A stretch of 64,000 nt of DNA from Candidatus Bathyarchaeota archaeon (GCA_963772455.1 CAVYXJ010000010.1:288001-352000); one strand, 5' to 3'; numbered from the stretch's first letter, positions 1 through 10,340 are shown. The notes: generated from the sequence alone by a model not told the origin. Program-made: numbers and translations.

Positions 1-447
1 GACTGACTTTTATGACCTACATTATCACTGCTTTCGCATTTGCTGAACTCGGCAGGACTATAGTTCATTGGGAGTTTAGCATTACCCTTAATTTTTCCCG
101 CTTTAATTGTGATTGAGTTATGCGCAAAATTGTCGATGGTTATAGTTGCTCGGGCAGGAAAATCTGTTCATCAAGGCATGAACTCACCGTTTCTGGAAGC
201 CATGCATGGAAGCAAGGGCAATTTGCGTTTGGTTGCAGCAATACTGATTTCTTTAGCGATTGCTTTGCCACTTTTGCATTGGGCAGGAGTCTTCACCATT
301 CTGGCAGGCTTAATAACGGGATTAGTGATGGTTGCAGTTGCACATAAACACTTTAAAGGCGTTACAGGCGACGTTTTTGGAGCCACTAACGAGTTGGCGC
401 GGATGATTTGCGCCGTTGTTTTGTTGGCGGTAATTGCATGGGTATAG
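1..447 (+). CDS. cobS: Adenosylcobinamide-GDP ribazoletransferase (cobalamin synthase), 5'-partial, apparent frameshift near 60-63
   Basis: Hydrophobic protein with C-terminal GVTGDVFGATNE motif typical of CobS; upstream part (LTFMTYIITAFAFAELG) is in another frame; adjacent to cobY. Confidence 0.85.
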
Positions 448-1053
448 TTGCGCTCGTTATGGCTGGTGGCAAAGGCACACGTATGCGAATTGCAGAAGAG
501 AAACCACTGGTTAAAGTCTGTGGCAAACCCGTTATCGAATACGTACTTGCAGCATTAAAGGACTGCCAAAAAAATCGACTCCATCATTGTCGCCACTTCT
601 AGTTGTACACCCAAAACCACCCAACTAATGAAGCAACTCGGAGTCCAAGTTATCGAAACCCCTGGCAAAGACTACGTTTCCGACATGGGCTACGCTGTTC
701 AAACCCTCAAACTCGGCATTTTCTTAGCCATCGCCGCTGATCTACCACTGGTCAAGGGTGAAATGATAGATTCTGTCGTGGAACGATATGAGGACTGCGG
801 AAAACCTGCATTGACAGTTGCGGTTCCGCTGGAAATCAAAGCTAAACTCGGCATGTGCATCGGATATTCTTTCAAAGCCGACGACCAAGATGTTGTACCT
901 GTCGGAATCAACGTTATCGATGGGCACAAACGGTATGGTGACGAGTGGCTTGACCAAGATATCTATTTGATGGAGATCGAGGAATTAGCAGTCAATATTA
1001 ATACGGTGCAGGAACTTCAACTGGCTGAACGGTTACTGTCTCAAAAAACATAG
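438..1053 (+). CDS. cobY: GTP:adenosylcobinamide-phosphate guanylyltransferase; frameshift in A7 run 568-574
   Basis: MAGGKGTRM..EKPL NTP-transferase motif, later GKDYVSD, ADLPL, NINT; removing one A joins ORFs 408..602 and 628..1053 (KDCQKIDSIIVATS). Confidence 0.85.
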
Positions 1054-1232
1054 AAAAGCGGTATCTGGTTCTAAACTTTTCTTCACTCAAAATAAGTTCA
1101 AATTTTCAATATATTAATGAGCGTTGTAAACGTGAATACAACTTGCCACTCTTAGACTATTGTGCTTACTTACCTCCATAAGCTACTTCATTGGGTTCCT
1201 ATTAGGATCCAAATATTAACCCAAAAATGATG

Positions 1233-2112
1233 CTATGATGTTTTTGGTTGTTTAGTTTCGATAACTTCTTTCAGTGTTTCCTTCATTTTTCTTGCATCAA
1301 CATCTAGAAATGGGTGATTCGCAAATCATTGTTGGATGCAACCCAAAATCCACAATTACTTCAGCGAGCAATCTGAATTCTGGTCCATACCTTTCTTCGT
1401 CGAGGGTGTGGTGACATTTTTCGCCTTGACTTGAAAACTCTATCTTTGAGAAGTGACAATGCATGTTCCTGAGCGTTTCTGTTCCAAGCTTTAACTCGAC
1501 TTTTTCGGCGATTGCGCGGAAGTCCTCGACTTTTTTGAGGGCGCCTAGGTGTAACGCGTGCAGGTGACCCCAGTCAATGACTAGTTGTGTGCCTTCGACT
1601 TCTTGGCAGATGGTTAAGATTTCGTCGATGGTGCCCACTTGGGATTTCTTACCCATGGTTTCTGGTCCAAGCTTGGCTTTTAACCCGAGAGCTTTCATTT
1701 CTGTGCTGATTTCTTTGAGGGCGACTATGCAGGTTTTAAGGGCGTAGTCTTTTTCGAATTTACCGTAAAAACCAGTATGGAAAACAACGACGTAGGCGCC
1801 CATCCAGTCGGCGGCGGTGGCGCAAGCTATTAGGCGCCGTTTGCTGGCTTCCACAACCTCTTTTTTGCCTGACAGGTTAACAAAGTAGGAGCCGTGCATG
1901 CTTAGTTTAACATCGTTTTTTCTTGATTCATCCCCAAGTTTTCGTGCGTCTTCTATTTTCATCTGCGGCTTAGGTCCCCAGCGTGAAGCTTGATACTCAA
2001 AAGCGTCTAATCCCTCTTCATGCAGAAGCTTGGGTACGTCAGCCATAGTTGCGCCTAGAAGCCTGAACATTGGTGGAACGCCTGCTGGTCCAAAACGAGT
2101 TTGCTCTGCCAT
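1233..2112 (-). CDS. nfo: Endonuclease IV-type AP endonuclease (TIM barrel); C-terminal frameshift near 1308
   Basis: RFGPAG, HGSYFVNL, FHTG, GPETMGK..QVGT, DWGHLHA, HCHFSKIE, ICESP motifs; removing one base gives ESPILDVDARKMKETLK...TAG. Confidence 0.85.
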
Positions 2113-2285
2113 TCTAATCCCTTTCACCCTTTAGGTCACGTTGGCAATATTGTTTTCTCTTAAAATGCGATAGTGAAGAAGGATAACAGTTAGAGAAAAA
2201 AGATTAGGGAATCTAAACATTTGACTATCCAAAAATTTTTGATTCCATTCGCGTTTAATGTGACAGTTGGATTGAGATCCATCTA

Positions 2286-3068
2286 TTATAATAACTGAGT
2301 GATTGTTGGGATCGATACAAAAAAGTGCACGTAAACAGCTATAGCCAATATTCCAAAAGCAATTGCTAATAATGTATAGTCGCCTTTGTGTAACTTAAGT
2401 AAATACAAGTTTGTGCGTTTTTTTGTGGCTCCCCATGCTCGTGACTCCATTGCCTCCGCTAGCTCCAAACTCCTGCGAATGGCACTAACAATCAACGGGA
2501 TAAGTACAGGTACATAATTTCTAATTCTTTTAAGCAAGCCACCCTTCTCGAGCTCCAATCCACGGGCTTTCTGGGCATCCATAATTGTCTGGGCTTCCTC
2601 AGCTAAAACAGGAACAAAACGCACTGCAGTCGTAAAGGCAAAAGCGAATTCGTAGGGCACGCGTGATTCCTCCAGAGCCAAACCTAAGTGATCTGGTGAA
2701 GTGGTTAGGAAAAAAACTGAAAACGACTCAACGAGCACGACAAAGCGCAAAGTCATTGCTGCTGCATTCTCCACATTTTGAGCCGTCAACAAGTACCCTG
2801 AAGTGAAATAGGTTGTGCCAACGTTAACTACGAAAATGAATGTGGCAAGAAAAGCTGCTCCACGTAGTGAACGTAGCCACTGCCTCTGAACACGTGCTAA
2901 AAGAACAAAAGGTATCTGCATAAAGAACAAGAGAAGCAACGGAATAATCTGGAAAAAGAGAATAGCTACGATAAAGATAGCGATGACATACACGAACTTT
3001 ATTCGGGGGTCTAGATTGTGGATTGGAGAGTAAACTTTTCTGAACCTTAGACCGTCAAAAACGCTCAT
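2286..3068 (-). CDS. ecfT: ECF transporter transmembrane T component
   Basis: LDPRIK, RFVPVL, AQKARG, AMESRAW motifs. Confidence 0.95.
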   Translation of the reverse strand: MSVFDGLRFRKVYSPIHNLDPRIKFVYVIAIFIVAILFFQIIPLLLLFFMQIPFVLLARVQRQWLRSLRGAAFLATFIFVVNVGTTYFTSGYLLTAQNVENAAAMTLRFVVLVESFSVFFLTTSPDHLGLALEESRVPYEFAFAFTTAVRFVPVLAEEAQTIMDAQKARGLELEKGGLLKRIRNYVPVLIPLIVSAIRRSLELAEAMESRAWGATKKRTNLYLLKLHKGDYTLLAIAFGILAIAVYVHFFVSIPTITQLL

Positions 3069-3892
3069 ATGCCCTGTTTGCTCTCCTTGGCTTTCAATAT
3101 GATTGCTTTGGCTTCGTAAATATCAATTATGTCCTTGGGAAAACCTAGTGGCTCAAGTTTATTGAAAACTTGAGCTATCTGTGGCAACACAATTGACGAT
3201 AACTCTAAAAGTGCTGGGTCAGTGAGGATTTCTTTTCCGACACCATCCGCAACGATCTTGCCATCTTTCATCAATACTACACGTGGGTTGCATTCTGCCA
3301 CAAACTCCACATCGTGCGTCACAGTTACAACTGTTTTCTTCTGCGACTGCATCTGAATGATGAATTGGCGAAGCTTCTCCTTCTGCTCATGGTCCTGCCC
3401 AATAGTTGGTTCATCTAAAATCAACGTTTTTGGGTCCCAAGCTAAAACCGAAGCCAACGCCACCCGTTTTCGTTCCCCCCCGCTAAGCAAGAAAGGTGAG
3501 GTTTTTCTGTACTGAGTTAACGACATCAGGTTCAAAGCCCAAGTAACTCGTTCTTCGATAACTTCTGTTTTGAAACCGAAGTTTTTGAGGGCAAAAGCGA
3601 TTTCTTCTTCGACTGTTTCGCTGAATAGTTGGTGATCAGGGTTTTGGAAAACGAAGCCCACGTTTCGCGCTAAGGCTGCAACGCTTGACTTAGTTGTTTC
3701 AACGCCATCTACGCGGACTTTACCTTGTGAAGGCTTCAATAATCCGTTAAAGTGTTTGACAAGGGTTGATTTTCCAGCACCGTTCTGCCCCATAATGGCG
3801 ACAAATTCGCCGTCTTGGATGGTTAGTGAGACGCCTTTTAGAGCTTCGACTTTGTTGGGGTAAGAATAGCGGATGTCTTGTGCCTCAATCAT
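3065..3892 (-). CDS. ecfA2: ECF transporter ATPase
   Basis: GQNGAGKS, FQNPDHQL, LSGGE, LDEPT. Confidence 0.95.
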   Translation of the reverse strand: MIEAQDIRYSYPNKVEALKGVSLTIQDGEFVAIMGQNGAGKSTLVKHFNGLLKPSQGKVRVDGVETTKSSVAALARNVGFVFQNPDHQLFSETVEEEIAFALKNFGFKTEVIEERVTWALNLMSLTQYRKTSPFLLSGGERKRVALASVLAWDPKTLILDEPTIGQDHEQKEKLRQFIIQMQSQKKTVVTVTHDVEFVAECNPRVVLMKDGKIVADGVGKEILTDPALLELSSIVLPQIAQVFNKLEPLGFPKDIIDIYEAKAIILKAKESKQGI

Positions 3893-4740
3893 TTGGGCGA
3901 TAGCTCCTTAATCAATTGATCAGCTAATTCCTCAGAGGATAACGGGGTTCTGTCATCTAGATTTAAGCCTTCTTTTTTGAGCATCTGATAAAGCAGTGTC
4001 GCCTTTGGAATTCCAACTCCGATTAAACGGGTTTCCTCTGAGCTTAGGATTTGCCTTGGATCGCCTTCAAACCGCACTTTTCCTTCATCCATAACGATGA
4101 GGTGATTAGCATATTTGGCTGTCAAATCCAAACGGTGCTCAACAAGGATGACCGTGATTCCTTGCTCCTTGTTTAATCTATAAATTACCTCAAATATTTT
4201 CTCAGCACTTAGCGGGTCAAGAAAAGAAGTAGGCTCATCTAAAACGATGACTTCTGGCTCCATTGCAAGCACAGATGCAATTGCTACGCGTTGCTGTTGT
4301 CCCCCTGAGATTTCGTGGGGTGAACGTTCGCGTATATCATAGATGCCTGTTTGGTTGAGTGCCCAATCAACTTTTCTTCGCATTTCCTCACGTGGAACCC
4401 CCATATTTTCCAATCCAAATGCCACATCTTTTTCAATTGATAATGCGAAAAGTTGGTTTTCAGGGTTCTGGAATACCAAACCAACGTGTTTTGCCATCTC
4501 GTAGGTGTGATGTTTAAGCGTGTCAATTCCAGAAACAGAAATTTCACCTTTTAATTCGCCTTGATAAAAATGAGGAACCAATCCGTTGAAGCATCGGCAC
4601 AAAGTTGTTTTTCCACAACCACTTGGACCAGTAATCAAAACAAATTCTCCTTTCTCTACTCTAATTGAAACATCCACAATTGATGGTCTTGTGGCACCTG
4701 GATAGGTGTAAGAAAGGTTTTTTGTTTCAATTATTGCCAT
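3889..4740 (-). CDS. ecfA1: ECF transporter ATPase
   Basis: GPSGCGKT, FQNPENQL, ISGGQQQR, LDEPT. Confidence 0.95.
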   Translation of the reverse strand: MAIIETKNLSYTYPGATRPSIVDVSIRVEKGEFVLITGPSGCGKTTLCRCFNGLVPHFYQGELKGEISVSGIDTLKHHTYEMAKHVGLVFQNPENQLFALSIEKDVAFGLENMGVPREEMRRKVDWALNQTGIYDIRERSPHEISGGQQQRVAIASVLAMEPEVIVLDEPTSFLDPLSAEKIFEVIYRLNKEQGITVILVEHRLDLTAKYANHLIVMDEGKVRFEGDPRQILSSEETRLIGVGIPKATLLYQMLKKEGLNLDDRTPLSSEELADQLIKELSPK

Positions 4741-4792
4741 ATTTATTGTGCCTGCTTAAATTAAGCGTGAGAGTTTGCTCATTTAAGCGTAA

Positions 4793-5788
4793 CTACGCAG
4801 TTTTGGCTATTTTCTGTTTTAAAAGTACAAGACATTGTTTAAGCGCTTCTTGGATTTCGCCTGTCCCGCTTACACCTGAAGCCATAGCATGTCCACCGCC
4901 AACCCCATGCAAATACTCGCCAAGCGGTGCAGCAATATCAACCCCTAAATGAACACCTGCTAACTCATTGAATTGACGCGTTGACCTCAAACTCAACTCA
5001 ACTTTTCCATTCTTTTTCCCTGCTACAGCCGACATATGCGCCCCTAAATCAACAAGAGCTTTGGCAGCAGGAGCCTGATAAGCACTAACATGAGAAAGTG
5101 CAATAATCCAACCTTCAACCTTTATGATTTTTGCTCTCTTGCAAGCCTTCAGCTTCGCAACCCGCTCAGAAGGGTCTATTGGTAGGGCAAACTGTGCCAA
5201 TGTTTGCTGAGCATCTATACCTTTGACAACTAATTTAGCAATAATCTCAAAAGTCGGCGAATTAGCCAACGCAAAATGCCTAGTATCAAAGGCTATGCCG
5301 ATAAACAGTGCTTTTGCCTCGTTAAGGTTAGGCTCAACTTCCGCTTGGCTGAAAAGTCGATAGATTAATTCGCAGTTAGCAGCTGCTTTTTCGTCTACTA
5401 AGCAGAACTTGCATGTTTGCATCGTTTCAGGGCTGGGTGCATGGTGGTCGATGATTAGTTTGGGTGAAGGAGATTTCTTTATGATATTGGCAAATTCATC
5501 TAGTTGCTCAACTGTGTTCATGTCTAAGAGTACTATGGCTTCTGCTGATTCAATGTTGGGTTTAAGGTTCACAGTTATGGGCATGCGTTCAAACAGTACT
5601 TTAGCTGGCTTGTTGACTCCCTGTGGACAGCCAATCTCTATGACTGCGTTTGGCAAAAAACGTTTAAGCAAACCTTGCAATGCGTAAGCTGAACAAATCG
5701 CGTCAGCGTCAGCACTACGATGACAAAGTAAAAGAATGAATGATGCCTTTGCATCTTCTAAAACTTGAAGTAATTCTTTAAAGCTCAT
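4793..5788 (-). CDS. DHH/DHHA1 family phosphoesterase (NrnA-like)
   Basis: H..DAD, IIDHH, FDT, GGGH motifs. Confidence 0.9.
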   Translation of the reverse strand: MSFKELLQVLEDAKASFILLLCHRSADADAICSAYALQGLLKRFLPNAVIEIGCPQGVNKPAKVLFERMPITVNLKPNIESAEAIVLLDMNTVEQLDEFANIIKKSPSPKLIIDHHAPSPETMQTCKFCLVDEKAAANCELIYRLFSQAEVEPNLNEAKALFIGIAFDTRHFALANSPTFEIIAKLVVKGIDAQQTLAQFALPIDPSERVAKLKACKRAKIIKVEGWIIALSHVSAYQAPAAKALVDLGAHMSAVAGKKNGKVELSLRSTRQFNELAGVHLGVDIAAPLGEYLHGVGGGHAMASGVSGTGEIQEALKQCLVLLKQKIAKTA

Positions 5789-6081
5789 TTTATCTTTCTC
5801 AAAAAGTTTTCAGTAGCTTTGTGTGCCTCATTCACTGCATCTTTAACCAAAGTATCAGCATCAACACTTTTCGTTTGGGGGTCTAAAATAAGGTCGATTT
5901 CAACTGTTACATTTACTGGTTTTGACCCATCAGCTTCAACGCTAATATCTAAGCGATGAATATCTTTGTTAGAAACTTTGGATAAAACATATTTTCTGGC
6001 GGCGTTTTCGGCGGTGGAGCAAAGATTTTCAATTTGCTCAGTGGTTAGCTCTGGGAATCCGAGCTCTACCACAAGCTTCAC
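5785..6081 (-). CDS. Conserved archaeal protein (DUF3194-like)
   Basis: ELTTEQIENLC..AENAARKYVLSKV pattern; lies between prefoldin beta and the DHH gene. Confidence 0.65.
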   Translation of the reverse strand: MKLVVELGFPELTTEQIENLCSTAENAARKYVLSKVSNKDIHRLDISVEADGSKPVNVTVEIDLILDPQTKSVDADTLVKDAVNEAHKATENFLRKIK

Positions 6082-6082
6082 C

Positions 6083-6457
6083 TTAAGATAGGGGTTGACC
6101 AGAGACGGGACTTAGGTCTTCTTGTAGTTTGGTTTGTGCTTCTTTAACTTGGCTGCGTATGCGTTCTTCTTGTCTTGTCATTACAGTGCTTCTTGTATCT
6201 AAAAGCGATTTGCGCTCTGCAAGTTCTTCGTTTACTTTTGGTTTTTCTGCCTTAACAAGTAGCGAGCCAATTGCTTTGTAGATGACTGCGTCATCAGGTG
6301 TTTTTTGTAGCTCAGCTAAGGTTTGTTCGACCTCGGTTTTTTCCATGTCAACCTGCTGTTTCTGCGCTAAGATAGATTGTAAGGTTTGCTGCAGTTGTTG
6401 AAGCCTGAGAAGTCGTTCTTGAACGTTAGGCGGTAATTTTGAAATTTCGTCACTCAC
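6083..6457 (-). CDS. pfdB: Prefoldin beta subunit
   Basis: LPPNVQ..LQQLQQ coiled coil, IYKAIGSLLVK hairpin. Confidence 0.95.
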   Translation of the reverse strand: MSDEISKLPPNVQERLLRLQQLQQTLQSILAQKQQVDMEKTEVEQTLAELQKTPDDAVIYKAIGSLLVKAEKPKVNEELAERKSLLDTRSTVMTRQEERIRSQVKEAQTKLQEDLSPVSGQPLS

Positions 6458-6537
6458 TTTTTATTCCTTCCGTACCAGCAATAAGATAAGCTCTTAATTA
6501 AGCATTTCCAACCTAAAACGCGGTTGATTTGGGCATG

Positions 6538-7827
6538 TTAAATTGCTGTAGCGTTCCAATAGTATACTTTCTGGTAAGCCACGTTTGTAATAGGGTATGT
6601 TGAATCCTCATAAACTATGTCTAAGTTGACGCCGTAATAGTATATGCACATAGCAGTTACGACTGCAACCTGATTTGTTCGGTTGTCAGTTAACCAGAAA
6701 CCCCACACGGTATCATTGGGGTTGCGTAGGCCCCAACCGAAGTTTTTGGGCAAAACCAAGGCAGCTTGAGGGCTGCTTAAATCGGCATATTGTTTGGTGG
6801 TTATATCGTTCCAGAATCTTTGGAGCGCAGCAAAATGGTCATCTGTGAGGGTTCCGTAGACGCCCCCTTCGTAGGGGTAATTGAAAACGGCGATGTATTT
6901 TGCTCCCGCTTGATATGACATTAACATCTGATTGTAAATTTCATCCCCACTATCAAGGTAGGGCGGCGAACGATACTTCCAGGTAATCATTGTTCCCCAC
7001 TCTTTATCCTGCAACCTAGCAGCTCCTTTAACTAAGGCAATTTGCTCCGCAATACTAACATTCCAGCCTAACTCTGCGAACATAACATCATATCCGCCTT
7101 TGTAATCCCACCAATACAAACCATAATCCGACGTAAAGGTTCGAATACCGGCGGCTGTCAGGTTTTCAATACCAGGATCATGGGTGATAACATAATCCAT
7201 GAAAAACTCAGCTTCTAATTCATAATCGTCGGGGGATGGTTTAGTTCCGTTTTCGACGTAAGCAGCTAGTTTCAGAGCAATCTCATTTAGTGATCGCAAG
7301 GCTGGAAAACTGCTGTTGCCAAGGTGCTTCATGGTTTCCTCATAGAATTGTCTCCAACTGCCATCCAATTGAATGCCTCCTGGTTCATCGTTATAGTAAA
7401 TGCCTAAGAATTTGTCCCCCCATCTCTGTGTCCACTGCTGTTTTATGCCCTCAAGAGAAGCTTGATCCCAAAACCAATTAGAAGAGTCATACTCATTTTT
7501 AACTCCCAAATTAACAATAATGTATAAACCCTTGCCGACAGCGTAATCGCACACTTCCTCAACCTTTGACTGATCAGCGCTTATTGGGTTTCTACCCGAA
7601 TCCAAAATAAATAAGTTAGTATAACTTTTCACTTTGTCGATGAGTTGTTTTGCCTGGTCTGTCGTGTTTCCACAAAATGCGACACCCACATAAGCATTGG
7701 GTTGAGCTTTGATTTGGTTGCCATTAGAAGACGACAAGTAAACTGTAAATATCGAAACAGCTAAAATTACAATTAGGAATGTTGGAACCAAAAATTTCCT
7801 AACCCGATTAGAGCTGCTCATGCCCAA
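6538..7827 (-). CDS. Secreted/membrane-anchored hypothetical protein, possible glycoside hydrolase-like TIM barrel
   Basis: N-terminal signal/TM segment; GIYYNDEPGG motif; aromatic-rich; several N-x-S/T sequons. Confidence 0.6.
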   Translation of the reverse strand: MGMSSSNRVRKFLVPTFLIVILAVSIFTVYLSSSNGNQIKAQPNAYVGVAFCGNTTDQAKQLIDKVKSYTNLFILDSGRNPISADQSKVEEVCDYAVGKGLYIIVNLGVKNEYDSSNWFWDQASLEGIKQQWTQRWGDKFLGIYYNDEPGGIQLDGSWRQFYEETMKHLGNSSFPALRSLNEIALKLAAYVENGTKPSPDDYELEAEFFMDYVITHDPGIENLTAAGIRTFTSDYGLYWWDYKGGYDVMFAELGWNVSIAEQIALVKGAARLQDKEWGTMITWKYRSPPYLDSGDEIYNQMLMSYQAGAKYIAVFNYPYEGGVYGTLTDDHFAALQRFWNDITTKQYADLSSPQAALVLPKNFGWGLRNPNDTVWGFWLTDNRTNQVAVVTAMCIYYYGVNLDIVYEDSTYPITNVAYQKVYYWNATAI

Positions 7828-7958
7828 ACCTTACTATACAATATAGTTACTCTATCCTTAAGGTTTTACCCAAATCACTTTTTATGAAAATCAGAGAATT
7901 TTGTGAAGTCTTTTTAAGTATCCAAACATTAACCAAGAACACAAGAGGCGAAGGACAA

Positions 7959-8330
7959 GTGGAACGCGCCAAAGTCGTAAAGGAAGAAGTGCAAGAGAAA
8001 GACATTCGTTTTCTAGCAGTTTATGTGGAAGCTAAAAACTCAATCATGATTATGCTGAGTGAAAAAGAAGACAAGCTTGGTACTTTGGCAATCGCTGTTC
8101 CAAAACCCAAAGACCTTCTTGGCTCAGTAACTTCATCTGTGCTCTTAGGTGATAAGAATGTTATTTCAGCACGGATGTTTGCGGAACTTGTTGCTTCTAA
8201 GAAAGGTAAAATCGCTATGGTATCAGTCTATCTTGAAACAGTAACTGAACTGCAAGCACAATCATTCTTTATGCATCTTATCGACAAATTGATTAAAAGT
8301 GAAAGCCATAAAGAACCCACAGCAATCTAA
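7959..8330 (+). CDS. Proteasome assembly chaperone 4 (PAC4/PSMG4)-like protein
   Basis: LGTLAIAVP...TSSVLLGD...ARMFAELVASKKGKIAMVSVYL resembles the PAC4 core; GTG start after GAGG/AAGGA. Confidence 0.6.
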   Translation: MERAKVVKEEVQEKDIRFLAVYVEAKNSIMIMLSEKEDKLGTLAIAVPKPKDLLGSVTSSVLLGDKNVISARMFAELVASKKGKIAMVSVYLETVTELQAQSFFMHLIDKLIKSESHKEPTAI

Positions 8331-8354
8331 CTTTTTCTGCAAAGTGAAATTGTA

Positions 8355-8850
8355 ATGATTTGCAAACTAACAAACATTAACTTTCAAGATATTTTAACCG
8401 TGATAAACGACGCTGCCACTGCTTACAAAGGCAAAATACCAAAGGATAGATGGAAAGAACCATACATGACTGCCCAAGAACTAAAAGAAGAAATTCTAAG
8501 CGGCATTCACTTCTATGGCTATTTAGAAAATAACACTTTAATCGCAGTTATGGGGATTCAACTTGTCAACGATGTTACATTAATCAGACATGCATACACT
8601 CTGACAAACCACCAGCGAAAAGGCATAGGGGAAAAACTCTTAAAATCATCTGCTAATTTTAGCCCAAACGGAAAGGATTCTTGTTGGAACTTGGGAAACC
8701 GCGACCTGGGCAGTCAGATTCTATGAAAACCATGGATTTAGACTTCTTTCAAGAGAAGAAACAAATAAAGTCCTAAAGAAATACTGGAACATTCCTGCGC
8801 GACAAATAGAGACTTCAGTTGTGCTTGAACATGATAGGAACCCCCAATGA
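8355..8850 (+). CDS. GNAT family N-acetyltransferase; frameshift near 8643
   Basis: HQRKGIGEKLL acetyl-CoA motif; continues in shifted frame as ILVGTW..ATWAVRFYENHGF..YWNIPARQIETSVVL; stop overlaps sua5 start (ATGA). Confidence 0.85.
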
Positions 8851-9908
8851 AAACCCTCGTAGTAAAAGTAAACCCAGAAAAACCCGACCCAAAAAAAATC
8901 CAATTGGCAGCCAAAATAATCCAAAAAGGGGGATTAGTTGCATTTCCAACAGAGACAGTTTATGGCTTAGGAGCAGACGCGCTTAACAAAACAGCTGTGT
9001 TGGCACTCTTTGAAGCTAAGAAACGACCGTTGGATAATCCACCAATCATTCATGTGGCTGAGTTAGCGGAAGTCTATAGATTAGTTGATGAGGTGCCCGC
9101 AAAAGCTCTGATTTTGATGGAAAAATTTTGGCCTGGACCATTAACACTAATCTTTAGACGTTCAAACATAATGTCCCGAAAGAAACGGTTGCAGGCTTGG
9201 ATACAGTTGCGATTCGTATGCCAAAACACAAAGTAGCCCTTGAACTAATCAAACTAAGTCGTTGTCCAATTGCGGCACCAAGTGCAAACCTCGCCGGCAA
9301 ACCCAGTCCGACCATCGCACAACACGTTTACGAAGACCTCAATGGAAAAATCGACGCTATAATAGATGGTGGAGCAACGAACATCGGAGTAGAATCTACC
9401 GTCGTAGACTTGAGTGTAGATCCACCGATGCTTCTTCGACCAGGTGGCACATCTTTTGAAGCGTTAAAGAAAGTCTTGGGCGACATTAAACTTCATGTTT
9501 TCGTCCAAGCTGAACAAGAGTTAACGCTTCAGGAGATAAGGTCGCCTGGAATGAAACACAAGCATTATGCGCCAAAAGCAGAAGTTATTCTTATAGAAGG
9601 AAATGTTTTAGCAGTTATAAGCAAAGTAAAAGAATTATCAGAATCATACAGGCAGAAAAGGGAAAAAAGTAGGAATCCTCGCCACCGATGAAACCCAAAC
9701 TGCTTACAAAGAAGATGTAGTTAAATCGCTTGGCAGCCGCTCTAACTTGGCTTCTGTTGCTCAAAACTTATTTCGCCTTCTAAGAGAAGTTGACGCAGAA
9801 AACGTTGATGTCATAATTGCTGAGGGTGTATCTTCCGACGGACTTGGCTTAGCAGTGATGAATAGACTCCGAAAAGCATCAGGTTACCACATAATTAAAG
9901 CCAAATAG
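8847..9908 (+). CDS. sua5: L-threonylcarbamoyladenylate synthase Sua5; two frameshifts (about 9170 and 9665)
   Basis: VAFPTETVYGLGA, KKRP.DNP.I.H, FWPGPLT, AAPSAN..GKPSPT, SPGMK.KHYAP, C-terminal AVMNRLRKASG. Confidence 0.92.
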
Positions 9909-10054
9909 CCTTTTTGTTTCCATAGTTACTTTTTTAAAATGTATAATTGCGATGTTTGATCATACGTACAATCACATATTCTTAAATTCTCGCCAAATAA
10001 AGAAATTATGTTGAATTATTTTTAGAAAATGTGCCTTCTTAAGGTGGTGATTGT

Positions 10055-10213
10055 TTGCCTCCAAGGGGTATTGAAAGTGAAAAAAGAAAAAGGCAGTACG
10101 AGCACATCAAAGAATCTGAGCTTAAAAGAGGTGCGTCTGAAGAAGATGCAGAACGCATTGCAGCTGCAACCACGAATAAAACCAAGAAAGAAAAGGGCGA
10201 AACAAAGAGCTAA
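10055..10213 (+). CDS. 52-aa small helical protein (KRQYEHIKES...AERIAA.T.NK type), not in ORF track
   Basis: TTG start preceded by GGTGGTGA; MPPRGIESEKRKRQYEHIKESELKRGASEEDAERIAAATTNKTKKEKGETKS. Confidence 0.75.
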   Translation: MPPRGIESEKRKRQYEHIKESELKRGASEEDAERIAAATTNKTKKEKGETKS

Positions 10214-10264
10214 TCCTTCCAGATTTTGAAACAGGTAAATCCTGTCGAATATATGCTTAGGCTG

Positions 10265-10279
10265 GGAAAAATTTATATC
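10265..10279 (+). promoter_or_regulatory. BRE/TATA promoter of first thermosome gene
   Basis: GGAAAAA-TTTATAT about 60 bp upstream of start. Confidence 0.6.
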
Positions 10280-10340
10280 TAAAGGTTTGATTGTTCCGTT
10301 TAGAATCTAATAACTCTAAAGGAAATATTTGGTGAAAAAC

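Noticed and set aside
2286-4740. ECF module without an S component
   Set aside because: Normal for group II ECF systems, whose S components are encoded elsewhere
10029-10229. 66-aa ORF in the track
   Set aside because: The overlapping frame 10055..10213 has the ribosome-binding site and a family-like sequence
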